Shown: piece by piece, positions 16,376 through 29,070 of the stretch
Position numbering within the stretch: the stretch's first letter is position 1
How the letters are laid out: each line of letters starts with the position of its first letter
Origin: Schmidtea polychroa
Lineage: Eukaryota
Direction: 5' to 3'
DNA: 64,000 nt
Assembly (NCBI GenBank): GCA_044892525.1
Contig: CM097885.1
Location: forward strand, 238,702,001 to 238,766,000
Program-made: the position numbers and the translations under genes
Notes under the pieces: model-generated
Told to the model about the DNA's origin: nothing
The model's database searches: none
Seen by the model: the letters and a program-made list of their open reading frames with translations, nothing else

Positions 16376-17282
16376 TATTTACATTTATTTCTTTTGGTAT
16401 TTTTTTCAGACAAAATTTACTCTCCTAAATTTTCTTAAATTTTCATGTTTAAAGGCCTCCTAGAAGATAGGAAGAAAATCATTACTTTCTGCTCTGAGTA
16501 AGGATTGAGCTGTTTAAAACGAAATATTTGTGTTTGTGAATTAAAATATTAATTAAGAAGAAGAGTAGTCAAAGCTTATCTTTCTAATACACCTCAAAAT
16601 CCATAAATCGGCTTTACAAACTTACAAATTATTTGAAAACACGCGGAGAAAAAATTATGCAAATAATTAAATATTAAAAATAAATTAATAAATAATTAAA
16701 AATTTCATTTCTTTTCAGTTTAAACTAATATTTAATTTTAATAAACTAAACTTTTTTTAGAAATGAATTAAATTAAAAATCAGCTTTCCTCGCGTTAAAT
16801 ACAAATAATACGTTTTAGGATAATTAATTTTGTTAAACCAAAAATAAATAATAATTTCAGTATAAGCAGCTGTCCTAATAACATATTTAGTTTGGGAGAA
16901 ATCTAAAATTACATAATATTAATTAACACTTCAAATAATACATCTTAGAAAAATAATATGATTGATTCTTGTTTTTAATAAAATATCAGGATTTAATAAA
17001 TAAATGAGAGATGCCATGATCCTATTTGTATTTTATAAGTTTTTTTTAAATTTGTCATTAAATCCATTTTATATTAAATTAATATTAGTAAAATCCTTTA
17101 ATTTTTTTTTCATCTTTTATTTGCTTTCTTTTTCTATTTTATTTATTTAAATTACGACTAGATCAAAAATAAATTTCCTATGAAGCACAAGTTTTTACAT
17201 TTCTTTTATCAAATTATAACATTTAATTATAACAATTAAATTAATTTTTTTATCTATAGTCATAATGAAAATAAATAAATAA

Positions 17283-17460
<178 letters not shown>

Positions 17461-17692
17461 AAATGCGTATATAATTAATTATAGTCCATGCTTGTAAATT
17501 TAATTTTTCGGTAATTGAGCAAAAATGACTAGAGAAAGTAAAAAATATTAAACATAATAAATACCCTACTTCGTTTATTTTAATATTTCATTAAGAATAT
17601 GAAGGTACCAAGAAACTCTGAATATTCCTTCTACTTTTCTTATAAAATTTTATTATAATAATAATAATTGTTTTTAGTAAAAAGCTTGACTA

Positions 17693-17759
<67 letters not shown>

Positions 17760-17820
17760 CGATGTTTTTGATATTGACGAATTTTCGGCACTGCCTTTTT
17801 CAAGTGAATTTGATCGAATT

Positions 17821-18032
<212 letters not shown>

Positions 18033-18124
18033 AATAAGCAGAAATATAATTTTATTCTTATTGATAAAGAAAAGTACTATATTTTTAAAATAAATTTACA
18101 AAAATACAAAATTATGACTGAAGG

Positions 18125-19534
18125 TTATAAAGTTGAACTTAAAGTTGATTCATCATTAACCAAATCAACTAATGACCAGAAGGTTGATCTTCTAGAATTT
18201 GAATTTGTAATTAATTTATTATTTTCTGATTTGATTGAAACGGTGTTTCTTAAATTATCTTTTTCCGAAAAATTGATCGGTTTTTCAGAAATATCTGTCA
18301 GTGGTTTGCTGAAAAACTCTTCGGAGTATTGTTTCTGTTGTATTCTTTGATTAAAATAAAAATATGGAAAAGTGGAATATGGATTACAGGGATAATTATA
18401 TGCAGGAGCAGCAGCAGACTTCAATTGAAAATTTGACGGGAGGATAGACTGTGAATTTGAAGTTTTAAAATTGGAATTCAAGAAAATATTATTGAAATCA
18501 CTATTCGAAGGAATTCGGTGCAAAATAGGATTTTGACACATGTTCATAGGAGAAATATTTGCATTTGAATATGGGATAATAAATCGTTTTAAATTGAAAA
18601 GATTATTTTCATGAATTTGATCATGAATATTAGCTTTCAATGGTTCGTTAAATGGAGATAAATTTGATGAGTTCTTGATAATTTCTTCCAAACATTTGGA
18701 CACGTTATTATTGTGTTTCTCCATTAATGTATCAATAAGAAATGGATCAACTCCCATTTTCTGTGGGAAAAAGTACTTTAATAAGTCCAATAGATCTGAT
18801 TTACTGCCAATTTGGTTATTAGTTCGATAGAATCTTTCATCTATGGAAATATTAGAATTCTTGTGTAATGAAAATTGTTTTGTTTTCATCATTTGATCTG
18901 TTCTAATATTTTCACTTGTCGTTTCTAAATTATTATTATAAAATTATTTCAATTAAATATGTTAAATACCTTGATATAACTTATCGTGATCTTCAGTCTT
19001 CTCCGAATTTGAGTCAGAATCAGTGAAATCATTCGAGTTTACTTTTCCATCGTCGATTTCAGTTGTGCAGTTCGAATGTTTACCGGATTCTTCATTATTG
19101 TTGTTATTTGGTTCATTGTAATTTGAGGTATTTGGAGAGCTGAGAATCGGAGCACTAACTGAACCTGGGCCCCATAAAGGTCCAGCAGTTAAAAGTGGAA
19201 GTTGAGATTCATTTAAAGCTGTTCTTAAACCGATTGCTATTGCATCTTCGGCTGCTTGCTGTCTTTTCAATGCAACTTGAGCTGCCATAACTCGTTGTCT
19301 TTCAGCTATCAAATTGCATTTCGCACAACGGCAATCCTTGTAATGGCAATGTCTTTTGTGGCCTTTCAACCACGACACCATTCCGTGATTTCTACATCTT
19401 GCACATTTCGGTTTTCTAGCACCTTTTTCTGTAATCGGATAAAGAGGTGGTTGCATTAATTTTAAGAAATTTCTAGAAAATTCTGGAGTTTGATCAGATA
19501 AAGATTTTTGACACTTTTTGGATTCTTTGTCCAT
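18125..19534 (-). CDS. Dmrt93B: DM-domain transcription factor of the Dmrt93B/dmd-4 class, 454 aa, 2 exons (19534-18970, 18924-18125)
   Basis: DM domain [24 protein letters not shown]...[29 protein letters not shown] 45 nt GT-AG intron (18969-18925) joins the two ORFs in frame. Exon 2 has a DMA-like segment [10 protein letters not shown]...[12 protein letters not shown]. Confidence 0.92.
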
Positions 19535-19656
19535 TTTAAATCTTTATATTTATTTAAATTTATTTTATGGTGTATCAAAATTTTAGAGTATTTAATATTT
19601 GAAAATATATGTCACTTTTATTTGACTACACACTTAACGGGAACTGTATCGAATTA

Positions 19657-19728
19657 AACCAATAGAAATTCATCAAACTGCTATTTTACGAATTATTCGA
19701 ATAATGCCTTCTCTTTTAACCAATCAAA
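19657..19728 (-). promoter_or_regulatory. Paired CCAAT boxes upstream of the DMRT start codon
   Basis: AACCAATAG (~19657) and AACCAATCA (~19718), 125-190 bp upstream of the ATG. Confidence 0.4.
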
Positions 19729-21677
19729 TTCGACTTCACAAAACTGCTGCCTTGTTTGTGTGTATTGTCGAATAGTTGATTAATAGTAGAAATGATTTAT
19801 CATTTCTGAATATTTACAGATTATTATTTTTGTTCTTTAAATTTATTTTAAAGAAAATTGTTAATAAATAAAGGTTTCAATATATGCAATATTTTATTTT
19901 ATTTACAATAGTAAACAAATAATAAGATTTTCTTTTCTCTTAGATCTTAGTTGTAATCTAGTAACATGTAATACTTTCGTTGTTTATATTAAAATCTTTG
20001 ATAATATTTTTTAACTCAAGTGGGAAAATTATCTCGAATTATCGCAAGAAATAGCGCCGGTTAGTAACCATTAATGTATGTAAATACTTTCAATATTTTG
20101 TCGTCAACATAATCACTAGCCCATCAACGGCTTGGTATGGGATATGTAAACAAACACATAGCACTTAAAAAATGTGTTAAATGATGGCACTTAAAATTAT
20201 TTAACTCGAATTTCAAGTGTGCATCATTGACACCTTGCTGTACCAAACTAGCCTAGTAACATAATTAGTGTCAACTGGTACACTTTCCAATTGGTTTTTA
20301 TTATTGTAAGATGTTCCCTACCAAAAAAACACTGTTATCAGTGACCACAATGTCAGCAAATATCTTTTCACTGTTAAATTTAATTTTCAAAAATTATGAT
20401 AAAATTTTGACCAATTTTAATCATTTTCTAAAACAGAGATCTACCACGAAATAGATATTTAAAAAAACGAATTACCGAAAGATATACATATAACCAAGAA
20501 CTGTCTTATCAATGCACGGTAAATTTACTTCCAGTCTCGTCAACAGATGCCAAATTTATCATAGCAAAATTGATAAAAAATATAATATCAAATGTCTGTT
20601 TCTCCTCCAAACTAAACAAAAAAAAATGTATTATATATTTATTTCATAAATTTATTTCCATATTATTTACCAAATGAAGAGTAAAAAATCGTTGTGATTC
20701 ATCGGTGAAAAAATTTGCCGCTACATATTTGATGGATGCAATTGTTTAAATTGTCAGTTACATCTAATTTGTTTTAAATGATATTTACATTTTAAATGTT
20801 TGAAAAGTATTTCAGATTCATCAACATTAAACATTGCAGTTTTATAGATACAGAAAACAAAACGTTTACCAATAATACTGAAGATTATTATTATATTTTC
20901 AAAAGTTAAATATCAATTTCGAAGTGATTGAAATTAATAAATATTTATTTTATTTCAATGACAAACAATTTGTCAATTTGCCATTTAAAAGAAAATTCAA
21001 GACTCAATTCAGTTCGTATAAAAAATATGTCAATGTTGATTGTTTTTGTGAATAAATATTAAAGTAATTATAAAAGATTTTATTGGATAACAATAGATCA
21101 ATATGTTAATTTGTAACTTAATTAATAAAATTCAATTTTACACCAATGATATTATCTGTAAATATATAATTTTATTTGGTAATATTTGAGGTTTTCGAGG
21201 GCAACTAAAATAATATATTATTAATAATAAATAATTTAAATGGAAATAATATGTAAAATATATTCCTAAATAATCTTTGATTTTAACAGATAAATAAAAA
21301 TTATATATTTTCATATAGGTTTTATTTTCTTTTTTATTTGATTTGTTAAAATTTTTATGACTGGGGTATTAAGTGTTAAACTTTTATATATGACTTCCTT
21401 TATTGTCAGATTTACAAAAGCCTTGAGCATTTTAATAATTATTTCAATCAGTAAATGTCTTAAGTAAGGGAAACCTTTCGTAGATTGAAGCTAATAAAAA
21501 CACATTTGTTATCATTCGTGGCACAGGAAAAACTTATTGTTTTAGCAATACAATTAATCGAGGAATGTGTAGAAAACATGAGATTATGAAGGTATCATAA
21601 TTTACTTTGCAAGTATTTGGTAAGTAAAGTTTTTCCAAAGTTAAATCCAACTCCTATTAAAAATGAATTATTTGTAA

Positions 21678-22010
21678 TGTTGAGGATACCTAAATAACAA
21701 TTTATAAAGAAATAAATAAAATTACCTGGGAGAAGATCGCCATGACAAACGGGACGATCTATTGGAACTCAGAAAAGAAAACGGAAGTAAAAAGAAACTA
21801 AAAATGAGAAAGATAAAGGAAATAAAAGGAATCAAACAGGAAAATGAAAACCAAGTTCAGTACTAATTAATTAGTACAAAAAGGAAAAGGAATTTTGAAA
21901 TCAGGGAAAAAAGAAAAACAACAAAATCCTTATCTCGACAGCTTGGCAGTGATAACAGAATTGATGGTAGAAGGCGGTCAACAAAAAAGGAAAAGGGAAA
22001 ATAATGTTCC
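21678..22010 (+). mobile_element. Truncated LTR copy (same family as 7374-8085)
   Basis: Shares TGTTGAGGATACCTA...AAGATCG.CATGACAAAC.GGACGATCTAT...CAGTACTAATTAATTAGTACAAAA. Confidence 0.75.
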
Positions 22011-22230
22011 TGAGTACGCTTAATACTTTTTGAAATTTTAATTTTTTTATTTACTTCTTTCTATATGATTTTTCATACGCCATGTTTACAAGTTTGCAGA
22101 TATTTTTTCTGTGATTTAGCTAAGTTGCAAGTCATGTGATTTCCAGTGTAACAGGGAAAGTATAAAATAGAGTTGAATCAGCAATATTGTATACTTACCT
22201 GGCGCGAAGATAAATCTTCGCATCTTATAC

Positions 22231-22272
22231 ATAGTACTGATAAGAGCCAAAAGCTCGAAACTAGTCAACTAT
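22231..22272 (+). ncRNA. Minimal type I hammerhead ribozyme (Penelope/retrozyme type), core variant
   Basis: ATAGT-a-CTGATAA-GAGC-caaaa-GCTC-GAAA-CTAG-TC-a-ACTAT: stem I ATAGT/ACTAT, stem II GAGC/GCTC, palindromic CTAG stem III, GUC cleavage triplet ending at 22266. Position G8 is A. Confidence 0.8.
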
Positions 22273-24367
22273 TGGGATTTGCACTGGGTATCACAAAGCT
22301 TGCAATGTTTATATTCTTTCTATATTGTTTATAATACACTACATGGAAGAAATATCATATAATGATGATTTACCAACAATGTTGTGATAATTAGAATATA
22401 TTTTATAAATAATTGTACTTGTTAATGCATTTTGGATGAAACAAAAAGTATAAATAATTTAAACAAGTAATAAATAAGATAAATTAAAAAATGAATATAA
22501 ATTGTTTTCAAAAATAATTCATTTAACAAGGCAGTGCGACAAATTATCTGAATAATTTTGAAAGAACGCAAAAATTTTGAACCTGATCAATTTCTGATCA
22601 TCTCTATTGAGAGAATCTGATCAGATCAGAACTTTTAAAAGCTGATTGTAAACCAAATCGTCTGGCGGAAATCAGAAATTTTAAAATTAAATTTAAAATT
22701 ACTTATTTCAGAATGTCGTATAAATGAAGTTAAATCAAATTAATTTTGAATTAACTTATTGTAAATGAATTCGAGAGTTTGCTGTTTTATATTTAGTATC
22801 AATAAATTTTATATATTGTTGAGAGTTTGCCATTATTAAGAACTCTTAGAGTGAGACTAAATGGAATCAAATTTATTACAGTTTAATAAAATGAAACCTA
22901 CAGGAGAAAACCTCCAAGTAAAAATAATTTTCTAGTTTCATATTTTTAAAATTTTTTATTATTGAATTTTTTCATAACATAAAAAATTCAAGTTATCCAA
23001 GATTTACTACAATAATAATTGATAATAATAAAAAAGTCATTTGACTTGTTTTTTTAGTGGGTTGCGAGTGGGGTTCAACCAAATGTACTTTTACTGAGGA
23101 GAGGGCCAAGTGTTCTCAATATTTTTTAATGTTTAAATATACCCAAAAAGAAAGTCAGGTTTGTTGTTTTTGAATAAAAGTCATTATTTGATGACCCTTA
23201 TGTAGAGATTCAAAATAATCTATAACAGGAGTGGGCAATTATATTCAAGTTTTAGATATACAAATATAAATTTCATTGTAGAACTCAGTAAATAAAGACA
23301 TTGTTATACTAATCTAAAACATTTCTTGATATTTGATTCAGCTGTTACATTTAAAATACAAACAAAATCATGCTTCCCAAATTTATTAGCCATATGAAGT
23401 CAACATAAGGAAACATTGAGTTAACAATATAACAAATTATTGTAATTTGATTTAGATTTCTTTTCAATGGCATATGTTATATTGGAATTGTTTTTAATAT
23501 CCATCCCCTTTAATATTTATTTTATATTTATTTGATATTTATTTAATTTTTTTTAATGTTCATTTTAATAATTTTTTTTAATAATTACAAATTTACCAAT
23601 GGTAAAATTCCATTTCATTATACATTATATTTAATAATAAAAATATATTAAACAAATTTTTATTCTATCATTTGGACTCTTGATTTTTTTTGGTACTTTA
23701 AGAGGGACTAAAGCGGTACTTATTTGCGAAATAAAAGATAAAAATATTTGGGTGTTTTCATCTATTAGTTTGACCTTGACATTTAATAGTGTTCGATTTT
23801 AATTTGATTATTTTAAATTTATATTTTAATTATTATTAAATATTTAATATAAATTTTGATATAAGTTTAATTAATATTATGTTAGTGTAGATAGAGAGGC
23901 GTACAATAATGTACAATGTATAGTAAAATGAATTTATTGAATTTCGTTACACATTTTTTCGAAAGTAATTAATTGGTAAATGTTATTTTAACTGCATCTG
24001 TAAAAAACAGACTGTTTTTATTCACGAATTTTGATCACTGTTGTAGATTTAATAGATATTTATCGCTTAGATCAACAGGTCGACAAGTTTAATGAAAATA
24101 ATTTAAAATGGTTATCTAATTGATCTATTTTATTTATTTTTTAGTGAAATCAATATAAATATTGATGCATATTTGGCATAATTTTAACAGTAGAAAAATT
24201 CTCCGGTTTTGGTGGAAAGGTTAAATATGTAATAGAAATAATTTAATTGATATATATATATATATTTAAAATTACTTATATTGATTATATAAGCCGCCTA
24301 TTTTGAAAGTGGAGCAATTCCATTTTTATAAAGAGGTATTTAAAGATTTGCGTTTTAATAAATTTAA

Positions 24368-25099
24368 CACGTTAAATGCCACATCATTGCGGTACCACGA
24401 CTTCAAACCCAAATCTTCAACAGAGTTATATGTGACCAGAGCCGTAGCTAGGGAAAATGGCGCCCGGGTGAGATTGAAATTTGGCGCCCCTAGTGCCAAA
24501 AGAATCCACCACTCCCATTAATTATGTACTTACAGGAATGGAATTGGTCTTGAAGAGTCAAATTAAGATGTAAAGCTATACAATGCTTAACCAAACTTAT
24601 ATTATAACGAAAACCAATTAATTATAAATATTTATTATACATGTGTATATACATTAATATTGAAAATTTATTTACTCTGTATTTATTAAATCTTTATTAT
24701 ATATAGACTACTGTATCGGGCATATCGATATCTATAACCATTATCATTAATCGTCCTTCCTTCTTTCAAACGATTTTCAAGATCTTTCCAGGCTAAGTAG
24801 TATTTTCTATGCTCAAAACTGTTTTCATGATCAGCCACCTTCGGATTTAGTCGCCAGTTTGCAAAAACCTTTAGATAGACCAGCAAAACAGTTTGGTTTT
24901 AGTTTAACTTTTGAAAACAGTAAACATGGAAAGCAGAATATGAAAATTTAATATGAAAAAAAGAAAGAAAATCAAAAAAAAATTAAATGATCATTTCACA
25001 GTTTTGGCGCCCTTCGACTCGGCGCCCGGGGTGGTCACCCCATTCGCCACCTTCTAGCTACGGCTCTGTATGTGACCCACTCGCGTGACAGCCAACGTG
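24368..25099. mobile_element. Short piggyBac-type MITE interrupted by a hAT element
   Basis: TTAA|CACGTTAAATGCCAC ... GTGACAGCCAACGTG|TTAA. Confidence 0.65.
24437..25068 (-). mobile_element. Non-autonomous hAT element with an internal transposase fragment
   Basis: Perfect 15 bp TIR CAGAGCCGTAGCTAG, 8 bp TSD TATGTGAC on both sides, GGCGCCC subterminal repeats, and minus-strand fragment NWRLNPKVADHENSFEH..W..L..RL....TIND typical of hAT N-terminal regions. Confidence 0.92.
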
Positions 25100-25146
25100 T
25101 TAAAATTATCGATATGCTCTAACAGCCGATTTTTGTATCTTTTGTA

Positions 25147-25220
<74 letters not shown>

Positions 25221-25222
<2 letters not shown>

Positions 25223-26960
25223 TCAATTCCATGCAAACAGGACAGCCTGACTGAAAAAATTTCTATTAATTTTACAATATGTTTTGACTGTTTCTATTAA
25301 GTAATATATAAAACAATATGAATATGAAATTTTGTGACAAACGTTCAAGGCATTAATGATAAAGTGTAATTTAATTTGTTGCAATAATTGTTTATATTTT
25401 TATGATCATTACTGCGTTTTATTTCCGTAAGTTTGAATATACTTTATCGTGCATTTTTAATACTGTAATTAATATTTTTAATAAATATATACATTGTTAA
25501 TGATTTATTTTATCAGTTTATATGTTTTATTTGCACGCAATGAAAGTAATTTGCTTTTAAAATGTGTGTAAATATTTTGTAACGCGCATAACAAAAACAC
25601 TATATAATTTCCATATAATTGTATGTGTAACCCCCATTCATCCCTAACTTTTACAAAATAGAAACGGTTTATTTATAAACGGTTTTATACTGTTCTTGAA
25701 TGTAAAATCTTTATATTTTACCTGTCATGAACAAAAAACATTCAGTAACGCCCGTTACTTTCATTGTTACGCGCGTTACCTCTTTCGTTATGCGCGTTAC
25801 CTCTTTCGTTATGCGCGTTACTGTCGTATTTTCTCTCTATATCAGATGAAACAGTTAAAGTGAATAATTTCCTAAAGTGGCACACCCTAATAGCTTTATA
25901 GAAGCGATAGACCTAGGATGAAGAATAGGAATCAGTTATCAGTTATACACTATGTATTAATCTTATAAAACTTACACATCATAATTTTAAACTTAGGCCT
26001 GATATAGTTTATAGTTTCATCAAAGATGTTTTTTTAACTCAATGATTATAAATGAACCTTTATGGAATTTAATTTCAGATCATGGCGAAAACCAATGCAC
26101 AACGGCAAAAATAGTTCCGGGAACGACACCCAGAATATAAAGAAAAGGAGAATGCTCGCAAGAAAGAATACCATTCTCGACGAAAACCGAAAGCTAAAAG
26201 GGATAAAATAAAGCTTCAGACACGGTTAAGAGTAGCGGCATACCGTCAAAGAAAAAAGAATATTGCTCACGATGAGCCATCATGCACAAACATGTCTTCT
26301 CCATATGGCTCACAAAGTTCCGAAACTAGGGCGTTTAACAGGTATTATGCGATATTAATTTATTTGCAGAATATCGGAACTTTATTAAACGTTATTTGAT
26401 TATTATACATATGGTCATGGATTCAGGGTTCTACATTCAATGAAGACAGCTCTTCCTGGTTCACCCAGGAAATGTGCGCACATCTTCCACCGAATCCAGA
26501 CAGAATATGGGATGAAACCTAAGAAGCATCCCCGTGGTTCCTATGTAATAAGCCAAACTGTTGTGGAATGTGTTCAGTCATTCTATATAAAGGATGATGT
26601 ATCATACCAAGCCCCAGGGAAGCGTGATTATGTGTCTGTAAGAAATCCTGATGGAACCAAGGTGGAGAAACCAAAGGTAGATTTATTTTAATTGCAATGT
26701 TATATATTGACCAAAAACGAAACATACGATAACGTGTGCTTATAACACAAACATTTCAGAGGTATCTGACAATGACACTGACAGAAGCATACCAGCAGTT
26801 TCTGACAGAGTATCCTGCAATGAAGATAGGAAAATCAAAGTTTTCAAAATTGCGCCCATCACATGTGCTAGTGGTAGGGGATACTCCACAGAATGTGTGC
26901 GTCTGTCAAATGCATTACAACTTTATCAGGTAATGTGTAAAGTGAACATTGCACAATGCA

Positions 26961-27035
<75 letters not shown>

Positions 27036-27755
27036 AAGCTTGGGTATAAATTAACCTTTCAGTACCGTCAACTCGATATCCTGCATGATTCCTGAGATCA
27101 TACCACCATATTCAGAGAAATGGACCGATTTGGTAGTGTGCGCGGATTCACGTGAGGAGTGTTTCTTTGGTGAAACTGCACAATTTTGTCTCCACAACCA
27201 ACTTTAAACCATCGTGGAGGTTATGTGTTTAACATTGATCCACTTATTTGACTTTTATGAATGTTGTGAAACTTAGTAACTTCCCATTATTATTGTACTA
27301 CAACTTGAATATGGAATGAATTAGAGGACTATATGTGTACACAAACCTTAAGTAACGCGCGTAACAAAAAATCTGTGTAACGCCCGTAACACAAAAAATC
27401 GTCATTTTCTTCTAAGATGATGATACTGTGAAAATATCATGGTGTTTTTCAGATGATCTAAACATCCTTTAAGCATAAAAATCCAGTTCATGATGTAAGT
27501 CCATAAGGTACTTTTAATACCACACCTTAAAACTCACAAGAAAATCCTATGTCCAAATGATGTAACGCGCGTAACAGCATGTTATTATGTAATACTTCGA
27601 AATCGATTATCTTTATTGCATATTTTGCAATTTAATTTTAAAACACATAGAATTTTTGAGAACTTAAGGATTTTTAAGTCCTAAAATCTTTAAAATTTTC
27701 AAAACTATATCACTTTTTTTGTCTATATTGTAACGCGCATAACGCGTGGAAATGA

Positions 27756-27758
<3 letters not shown>
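25221..27758 (+). mobile_element. (TA)n-flanked DNA transposon with a spliced, truncated transposase (Sola2-like, tentative)
   Basis: Imperfect TIR GGTCAATTCCATGC / GCGTGGAAATGACC, about 9 GTAACGCGCGTAAC-type subterminal repeats, and exons from 26082 to ~26930 encoding VQSFYIKDDVSYQAPGKRD, RYLTMTLTEAYQQF, KIGKSKFSKLRP and VCVCQMHYN. Confidence 0.7.
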
Positions 27759-27816
<58 letters not shown>

Positions 27817-27817
<1 letters not shown>

Positions 27818-28593
27818 GTCAGGTGTTTTGTGCAACTCCGTACCACTGTCTGATTCCTTTGTGTCCTTATAATAATATTACAATAATATTTATTCAAAAT
27901 TATCACAATTACACTTTTCTTTTATTAGACACTTTAATGTTTACACAACTTTAAATAACTCTTTTACTCTGCACACTTTTCAACTTTAACCTGAATCTTG
28001 CGTATGGATAAATCTTCCAACAGGAGATGTCTCTTTCTGGTAGGCTAGATTCAAAATGATTTGTTTAGCACTAAGTTAAATTCACTTTTACTCCCTTTCA
28101 CTGTAATATCACTTTTCATTCTTCGACCAACTGGCAATTCTGTTTACTTGCCGCTGGCTTTTGAACCCGTCTCGTAATTATACTATTTCCTCATAAAATT
28201 ACTTTTGAGACTTTCTTTCTGGTTTCATCTTGCCGAACTAATTGGTTTGGGGAATTGATTCATTTTTTTGATAGCCTAACCCAATTTAATTACTCGTCAG
28301 CTAATTCGATTGCATCTACCTCACACTGCTCGGGTTTTCTATTAGCTAATTAATTTTTTAATTAATTTTAGCTTTTTGTAATTATTTCCATCTAGGGGCC
28401 CCATTAACTTTATTTTTATTATATTTAAACTAGTCTAATTGTTCGGCAACCACCCATACCAGTTTCCCCGGGAAATATTTATTTTTAATTTTTTTTGATT
28501 TTTAATTAATATTTTTAATTTAATATTATTGTGAATTTGATGTTTCTATTGATTTTCACCTCGTTTTTGTGCCTTTCTCGTCGAACCCCAACA
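27817..28593 (-). mobile_element. Solo LTR (777 bp), same family as 48687-49568
   Basis: TG...CA ends, near-TSD TAAT/CAAT, and its reverse complement shares TGTTGGGGTTC, GGCACAAAAA.GAGGTGAAAATC, GCCAGTTGGTCGAAGAA and GACATCTCC.GTTGGAAGAT. Confidence 0.85.
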
Positions 28594-29070
28594 CAATGTT
28601 AATTTATTATCCACTGATGTTTATTATTAATATCTGAAGAAAATAAATAAATTGATATACCCAAATGAACTTCAACCACTCAAAATGAACGTCTCATGTA
28701 TTGATTTAATTATATTAAATATATTTTAGCCTTTATAACTAAAACCAGGGCCTACCGATAAATAAATGCAATCTAGTAAAAAGAGAATATTTGAAAAAAA
28801 AATCTTTTAGAGGGGTCAGGGCCGGCTCTTTCTAACCTACGCATGGAAATAATAAATGTGTCAATGGTGTCATTGTGTTTTCCATTATTTTTCCCATATT
28901 TCTTAGTAATTTCACAACTGGCAGAAAAAAATAAACAGTGATCAGGTGGATCAATGACAATTAGTTAGGTTTATTCTAGCATGTTATGATCATTGCAGCA
29001 ATTTATGAGGGTGAAATATAATACTTGGAAATGTTTTTAAACGAAAAAATAATAATTATTTTTATTTTAA

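Noticed and set aside
22191..22360. Canonical U1 snRNA gene
   Set aside because: Only the first ~13 nt match; there is no U1-70K loop (GATCAC), Sm site or terminal stem-loop.
23094..23130. Hammerhead-like CTGAGGA plus stem GAGGGC/GTTCTC
   Set aside because: Followed by AATA rather than GAAA, with no convincing stems I and III.
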